64,000 bases of DNA, from NCBI GenBank assembly GCA_026395795.1, contig JAPLYB010000041.1, positions 113 to 64,112 on the forward strand. Direction: 5' to 3'. Below, piece after piece: positions 19,001 through 28,000 of the stretch. The DNA is from Candidatus Pacearchaeota archaeon. GTDB lineage: Archaea > Nanobdellota > Nanobdellia > Pacearchaeales > UBA284. The notes beneath the pieces are model-generated. The model saw only the letters and a list, made by a program, of their open reading frames with translations, searched no databases and was not told where the DNA came from. The translations under genes and the position numbers were made by a program. Position 1 is the stretch's first letter; each line of letters starts with the position of its first letter.

Positions 19001-22000
19001 TCAGTAATATTTGGAGCTGTACAATTTATTATCCATCCAGCTGAATAAGAAGCGCTTGAAACAGGACATTCAAAACTGTCAAAATAAACTAACCAGGACA
19101 TATTCTCTGTTAAATTCTCACTTCCATATACTGCATTTGCAAGAATAGTTACATTCTCTCCAGCTGTAACATTCGCAGGATTTGTCTGAGTTGGAGAAGT
19201 CAAATTAATTCTTAGTCTTACAATTTCTAAAAAAACTTCTGTGTTTTGCTGCGCAGGCACAGCTGATGAATTTGTTATAGATATATTAGCATAGTAATCT
19301 CCGTAATCTTCTGTTGTATTAAACCTGACTTCAATATAGCCTTGCGAGAGTCTGTTCACTGTTATGTTAGTGACATTTAAAATAAGATAACCAGAAGCAT
19401 TTCCTTCTTTAGTTATATCAAAGTATAACGGCACATTTCCAAGGTTCTGCACTTCTATATTTCCTAAAACACCTATTGAATTTGTTCCAACAGTTGCTGT
19501 AAAATTTATAGGCGTTCTTTGCCATCTCCAATCTTCTCCGACAATAACCGTCAAATTAATTATGTCAGAAGTTCTGTTCGAAGACCCCGATGCATTTATA
19601 ATCATTTCATAAACTCCTGGTTCATAGCTAGAAGGAATGCTGATATTCACTGTTATATTCTGTAAATATAAAGGAACAAGACTTGAAACAGAAGAAGGCG
19701 CAAAGATTATATTAAAATCAGTGCATTGCTGCCCTGAACAAATAAAAGTTATATTGCTTACATTAGCATTTCCAGTAGAATTCAATGTGAAATAAGTGGA
19801 ATTGCCTTCTTCAGGCTTTGCACTAAGACTTAAAGAATCCTGGATTATATTTAAAACAGGATTGCCTGTGACATTTACGCTAACTGTCTGAGAAGCCATG
19901 CTTGCAGTATTATTTGGATTTGTCCACCTTGCGGTTAAATTAACATTGTATAAAGCAGGAGAGGTTCCAGATGGAATATTGATTGCTGTTGAATTATATC
20001 CTTTTGCTCCATTTGTTATGTTATAATACTCTAATATTAAAGGCGACGCACTCCATCCGCTTGGAAGCTGCATACTTAAATTCGAGAAATATGCTCCTCC
20101 CTGCCCAGTATTATTTAAAGTAATATTCAAAGGAAGATTCTCTCCTGAATCTTGAGTTATGCCCTCTATAATCGCTGAAGTGGTATTTGAATAAACTCCA
20201 ATTGTCGTTGAGGATATTGATGTAAAGTTAATAACGCTGTCTGAGCAGTCTATAGCTCCTACTGGAGTCTGCGTGTCATTTGCACAGATTATTATATGAT
20301 AAACTCCGCTGCGAACAGGAGTATAAATTTCAGATAAATTGTAATCTTTTGTATATGGCGGAAGATCAGTATAACTTATTTCTATTGTTCCATTTGGCAG
20401 AGTTTTATTTGTCCAAACATAATCTAGTTCTATGTTATCATTTATATTTGCTGATATGGTGACATTCCCATAGTTTTGATCAGTCATATTTGGAAGGACA
20501 GAAGGATTGTTTACTGTTGGAGGAACATCAGTTACATTCATGTTAATAGTCGCTATTCTAGATTCTGGAGAAGCATAGCTTGCATTTGAAAAAGTCAAGT
20601 AAAGAGTATAAAGACCTCCCGCAATGCCGCTAGAATTAAAATCGCAAGTTACATTGACATCGCTGCTGCCTGAGCCTGCTTTTGGAACAAGTATATCTGC
20701 TGGACAAGTTGTCATGGCCTGCGCAGCAGCATCTCCTGATTCAGATATGGAATAAGTAACATTTTTATTTCCAAGATTTTCAACACTCATATTAAAGTTT
20801 CCTGTTGTATCTACAGGAACAATAATATTCTGATAGCTTGGCGCAATACTCCACTCTTTGCTCCATGGAACAGTTATATTTAACAGCAAATAATCCATGC
20901 AATTTGAAGAAGGGCTGCATGAAGAGCTTGTTGCATTCACAGTTATATTCGCTGTGTAAAAATCAGGATCCTGCCCGAGTGGAATGCTCACATTTATATT
21001 GACTGTCTGTGAATTTTTCTTTGCAATATAAAAGTTATCTGGTGAAAATGACAGCCATGAGCTGTTGAGATTTCCTCCCGAAGCAGAGCTTCTAATTCCC
21101 TCGATGATATAATTTCCTGATGCTCCAACAATATAACTTGCAGTTTTCGAGCTTCCGTGAGAAATAGAGTCATTAATGCTTTCTTTATCAAGAGTCAAAA
21201 CAGGATTGTAAGAAACATAGATATTTGTTTTGTTGCTTGTAATTGATTGCGTATTATTTGGGTTTATCCATCTTGCTGTAATATTTGCATAAATTGTATG
21301 CCCTGCAGTGGCATCAACTGTAACAGTTATTCTGAAAATTCTTGTGCAATTTTCCCCTGCAGAAATATTTCCGCAATTTTCAAAGCTGGAGTTTGAATAT
21401 GCTCCTGATTCTGAAAGATTCATTGTCAAGTTTGAAAAACGTATTGTTCCCTCTGATCCTGTATTTTTAAATACGGCAGTTATATCAAAAGTGTAATTTG
21501 TAGTGTTAGTTATTCCTGAAGCTGTTTCAGACTGATTTTGATATATTATTCCAGTTGCAGAGCCAGTGGCGACAAACGTCCCAGTCCATGTTGAATTTAT
21601 ATTTCCTGAAGTGTCATTCGCATAAACTGTAACATTATATGTTCCTGCTAAAACAGGAGTATAGTTTACTCTATAAGTTCCATTTGATGAATTTCCTGAA
21701 ATCAAGTTCATGAACAATGGAATCTTGGTGCTGTTTGGCAAAGTTATGTTTGCCCAGACTTTATCGACCTGGACGTTATCATTTACATTTGCGCTTATAT
21801 TCAGTGATTCATAATTGACATCCAAGATTGTTCTGCTCAAAGAAGAATTTGTTATGTTTGGACTTATATTATCTGTTACATTAAGAGTAATTGTCAGATT
21901 ACGCTGGACAGGAGCAGCAGAAGAATTTGATATTGTCACATTGCAAGTATAAATGCCTGGTTGCTTGTTTAATGGAACAGAGTAATTTATTATTAAATTT

Positions 22001-25000
22001 CCCGTATTGTTTGGATACGGAGAAACTAACATTGATGCTGGAATAGAAAGCATTGAAGATGCATTCCCAGAATCATTTGCAATATCAAAGGTTATATTCA
22101 AATTTCCTTGATTAGTGATTGTTACATTTGATAATTGCCCAGAACTTGAGGTGTTAATTGCCTGGCTTAAAGATGAAGGGGCAATTTTCCAGCTCGTATC
22201 ACTTGTAACATTAATAGTAATATTTAAAAATTTCCAGCAATTTTCAGAAGGCGAGCAATATTGTGTGGAATTTGTAGCATTTATTATAAAACTAGATTGA
22301 TAAATTCCAGGCGCTTGCCCCATAGGAATTGTCACATTTATTGTCATTAATTTATTTGAACCAGCTTGGATGTTTGGCAGATAATTAATATAAGGAGAAG
22401 AAATAAACTCCACCCAATCCTGGGATAGATTTCCTGAACTTGCATTAAAAAATATTTCGCTTAATAAATAATTTCCAGTTGAGTTTACATAAAATGTTCC
22501 GATTGTTTTTTCAGTAGACTGATTCACTGAATCTGAAAATGTGTCTGATGTGATATTCAAGATAGGATTATTCAAGATAATTGCCCGCGTTGTGTTAGTT
22601 ACTGAAGCTGTGGAATTATCTGGATTTTTCCATTTTCCCTCGCAAGTGATATTATAATTTCCAGGAACTTCTGCTACTGGTATACTAACATTCCATCTTG
22701 CAGTATAATTGCTTTGAATTGGAATATCAATATTTTCCCATGCAGTCAAGTTAGTGAAATTCCAGTTAGAAGGAGCATCTATTTCTTGTAATTTGATGCT
22801 TCTCATTGTTGTATTTCCGGTGTTATATAAAGTTAAATTTATGATAAAACTTGCTCCTGAATTCTGGGATGTTCTTAGTGATGTAGAAGTTGGATCTTCC
22901 TGCAAATATCCTGTTGTCTGATTAAAAGCAATAAAGCTCCCTACATAAGTTGAATTTATATTTCCAAAAGTGTCATTTGCATAAACACTGACATTATAGG
23001 TTCCTGCTAGAATAGGAGTATAGTTTACTCTGTAAGTTCCATTTGATGAATTTCCAGAAATTAAACTCATGAAAGATGGTGTACGAGTGCTGTTTGGCAA
23101 AGTTATGTTTGCCCAGACCTTATCAATTTGAATATCATCGCTTGCATTGGTTGTTATTGTAATATTTTCATAGAAAACTTCTGCATGTGAAGGATTCAAA
23201 GAATAATTTGAGAAAGATGGATAAATAACATCCTTTACTTGAAGAAGCTGTGTTGCTTGAGCTATTGCTACATCATAATATACAGAAGCATCATCAATTA
23301 TATTACATTTAAGCAAAAACCATCCTGTCTGATTAGTTGTCCAATTTACAGATGAGTATCCTGAAGAATTGCTTAAGCTTGAATTAATAAAACTAGTATT
23401 GTAAAAAAAGCTTGTGTTATAATTTTCTATTCCTATGCTTGAATTAGAATCTTTGACCTTGCACACAAGTGCATAAGTCTGGCTGTAGTTCAAGTTGCTT
23501 GTTGGGGAAATCCATTGTGGCTCAGACCATCCATAAATTTCAATGCTGATTGAAGATAAAGAATAATCATAATATGTTTTGCTTGCATTTGCGCTGATTT
23601 GCTGGCTATCTCCTCTTGAGTGATTAGCAGGAATCTGCCAAAAAACATCTTCGCCACTTCCAATCAAACTTGTTGAATTATACCACAGAACAGTTGCGCT
23701 AACTGCTACGCTATTTTCATCTAAGATTGTTGATGCCAAAGACAGATTGTCTAATTTGTGGTATTTTCCCCCAGAATCTGGCGAGTCAATTGTGGTATAT
23801 AATTTTCCCTTGTCAACAATCCATGTCTGGTTTGTAGTTGATGGAGAAAATCCTGTTTTGGTTGCATTTATATAAATAGTATAATTATCAGGAGTGATTG
23901 TATCTGCTGGATTATAAGTTATATTGCAAGAGCCAGATGAGTTAGTTATGCAGGAAGTAAATTCTGCTGTTGAATTATAGAAATGCACTGTAGCATTGCT
24001 TGAATTTCCAAGCAAACCCTGAAGAATATGGACTGTTATTAAAGAACTGTGCGGTGTGAAAACATCTTTTCTGTATATTTCAGTATACTGTCGACTTATA
24101 ACATCTATTCTTAAATTTCTTATAATTGCTATGTAGGTTTGATTTTCCTTTGAAGCTAGGTTTGCAGTATAATTTAAATTAGAATCATCTGTGATGTTGC
24201 ATTTAATTGTATAAATTCCTTCATCTTCTGCGGATGTATCCCAGTACCAGACCGCATATCCACTCGAGTTTGTGTAATTCACTGTTTGTAATGAATCATT
24301 TTTCCAGAAACTTACAGTATAATTCTCAAGAATTATGCTTGTGTTTGCATCTAAAACTTTGCATTTAACAGGAACAACAGATCCTGCAGAATAAGTGCTG
24401 TTTCCAGGAGAAATTTCAGTAATATTTGCAAAGGCCTGAATTATTATGGTTGTATTTGCTTGTGAATCATCAAAATATATTTTGCTTGTGTTTATTTTTA
24501 AGACAAGATTTCCATAAGAATGATTTATAGGGATAAGCCAGGTTGCATCTTCTAAATTGTTTATAATTTCTGCTCCAAGACTCCATGTTGCACTTACTGC
24601 CTGAACTACATTATTCTCATCTTTAGTTGTTGAATTTAAAGTTATTGTCTGATTTTTAAAATATATTGTTCCATTGCTTGGCAAGTCTAAAATTGTGCTC
24701 AAAAATCCTTTTATTGTCTGATTTTTTATGTCGCTTATTGCCCATGAATAATCAGATGAGGTGTTTGCTTTCATTTCATAAACACCAACTGCAATGCTGT
24801 CAGGCGGATTATGAATTAAAGATGCATTGCCGTCTATTGTTGACTGGCTTCCTAATTTCGTTGCTGCACGCCAGAAATCAACTATAAAATCATTCACATT
24901 TCCGTTTTCATCTCTAACATTTACAGCAAGTGTTGAATTATACGGCTTTCCCTGCTGTATTGCTTTTGTATTATTTCTGTAGATTTCATCAGGGTTAAGA

Positions 25001-28000
25001 GTTAATGTTAAATTTATTTTTCTCCAAACCTCAAGACTTGTATTTATCTCATTAGATGAACTTGAGTTATAATACAATGATGAATTGTCAGTTATATTGC
25101 ATTTTATATTATATGGACCCAAATCATTATAAGAATCCCAATACCAGACAGCATATCCACTCGAGTTTGTGTAATTTGTTGCTTGCAACACATCATCTTT
25201 CCAGAAACTCACAGGATAATTAGATATTGGACTTGAAAAATTTGCATCCCACACTCTGCAAAGAACAGAAGTTACAGACCTATTTAATCTGCCTCCTGAT
25301 AAATTTGAAATGCTCATCTCACTTAGATTTGCCCATCCCCATACATAAAAACTGCTGCTTGAAGAATTCCAGGCATTAGCAGAATCATTGACATAAAACT
25401 TGTATGAAACAAAAGTGCCTGCCAAGCTGTTGTTTGGAATTTGCAAAGTTGTGTTTATCCATGCGCTTGTGCCATTTAAAGTTCCATTGGTTATATTAAC
25501 AGAAACACCTGTAATATTCCATTCAAAAAAGTAAAAGCTTAAATTAGTATTATCCTGCCATAGAGAATAAAACTTGACATATTCGCCTGCTTTAGGGTCT
25601 GATTTATTTATGTTTGCTGTTACATTAGCCTGAGGAGCCTGCTTGTCAATATAAAATACCGCGCTTGTTTTTAGTGTTTCAGCATTTCCAGCACTGTCGT
25701 TGCTTTTGTAGCACACTTTTTTCTGGCAATCCACAGAGCATGATACTATGCTAGAATTTCCTGATGTCATATTAGATTCATTGCAAGTTGCATTTGAATC
25801 AATAATCTGATATAATGTTGTGTTGCATCCAGAATAATCATCAGAGCATGTTAAATTAAAAGGAACATCTGAACTTGTGTAATTTGTTCCATTTGGAGAG
25901 ATTGTTGTTGTTGGAACAAGCCAGTCTGCACCAAGTATCACTCTTGTTTCTGAAACTCCTATTGCTAAAGAAGAGTCATTTGCAGTTACATTGTAATAAT
26001 AAGGTCCAACTGATAATGAAGTTTTATTATAATAGCAGGAAACATTTGTTCCTGAGCCGACTTTTGTCATTGCTATGCTTGTTCCATTCCAGTTCAAAGT
26101 GCATACATCAATAGGATATGCGCCTGAAACAGTCACATTAATATAATAGTAGCTTTTATTCAGCCACGTATTACTTAATTGGCTTGGAGAAGCAAAATAT
26201 ACATACGGCGGAGTTGTAAATGTCATTACAAGCATGTTTGGAATAAGATAGTTTCCAGTAAGATTAACAGGCAAATTAGAATTTGCATATCCATCTTTGG
26301 TTCCATTAAAAGAGTAGTTTGTATCATAATACATCGCAGTAGCGTTTTGCATATATTCTCTTAAAGTTAACCTTGGAGTATACCCTGAACTGTTTGTCAA
26401 ACTCCAATTCATCAGCACATTATTCACAGTATAAGCTGAAATATTTGCTCCTGATATTACTTCCCCGTCTGTGTTGTTTGCATAAACATCTGCGTACCAG
26501 AAAATGTTTATTGAACCTGTAGAAGAAATGCTTGTGTCTGATTTGTTGAAAGTACAATTTGTGAAATTATTGATACCTGTCGTTACGCTTCTAATATCTG
26601 GGGCGCCAGAATAAGATGCGTTAATTAAAGAATCTTTAATTGAATTGTTAATTGAACTTGATTCAAAATCAATTCCATAAGTATTAACAGAACCATAAGT
26701 CGTCTTAATGTTGCTAGTCGAAATGATATTGTTTGAGCTTGTACCCTCAAATTCGATTGCATAAACAAAATTACCAGAAACTAAAATATTCTTGCTTATT
26801 AAATTATTGCTTGAACTTGAGCTAACATCAATCCCATTACTCGATTGTGCAGAAGTCACGATATTATCCCCGATTAAATTATTATAATTCGAACTCGTTA
26901 AAAGATAAATCCCATGACTAGAACTTCCACTTGTGCTCACATTACAATTAGTCACATTATTCCTACTCGCAGTTAAAAGATAAATTCCATATAAATTTGC
27001 ATTCGTTGTCGTAGTGATATTCAATAAATTAAAAGTATTATTCTCTAAGAAAGCTGAACTTGAACCATAAGCAAAAACTCCATATCCATTATTAGTTGTG
27101 ACTTTTGAATTGTTTATTGTTGATAAACTTGTATTATAAAAGCTAAAGCCATCATTCCCCATTGTAACATTATCATAAGTAACATTAGAACACCATGCAC
27201 AAACTAATTGTCCGATTGAATTTGAAACGTCTATGTTAGATAAAATTGTTGTGTTGCTCACAGAATAATTATACCAGATAGGCAAACCTTCTGCTAAATT
27301 TGATGTATCGATTGAATGATTGTAATGGCTGGATGTTGTTCCTGTGACATAAACTCCGACGCTGGAGGAAGTGTTGAAACGGTTTCCTGTTAAAGTGGAG
27401 TTTGTTGAAGAATCTTGATAAAAGCCGTAAGCTCCGCTTCCTGTTGTTGTAATGTTGTTGCTTAAGATGGTGTTGTTTGCTGAACTTGAAGCAACGTAAA
27501 TTCCATACTTGTCTGAAGGACCAGTTAAACTTATTATATTGCTTGAAAGAGTGTTGTTCGAACTTGAAACAATATCTATCCCCCCACTAAGGGGATTAAA
27601 ATATGTAGGAGAAATAGCTATTTGATTGTTTTGAATTAAATTATTATTAGAAGAAAGAAGGTATAAACCCAGACAATTGTTAGCCCCATTACCAATTGTA
27701 TTATTGCTAATCACGTTATTATTGCTTGAAGAAAAGACGAATAGCTTTTGATGAGCATTGTCATTAATACCAATGCCAGTATTATTTGAGACAGTGTTAT
27801 AACTTGAAGAAGACACCTTGATTGAACCAGCAGTCTGGCTGTTTACAGTAGTGCTTAACATGTTCACTGTAAGATTATTATAACTCCCGCCATTAAGATA
27901 AATCGCGTAACCATCACCAATCACAATAGTGTTATTAAATATCGTTCCATTTCCTGCAGATGCCCCATTGTAATAAATTCCATATGCACTTGCCGTTGTT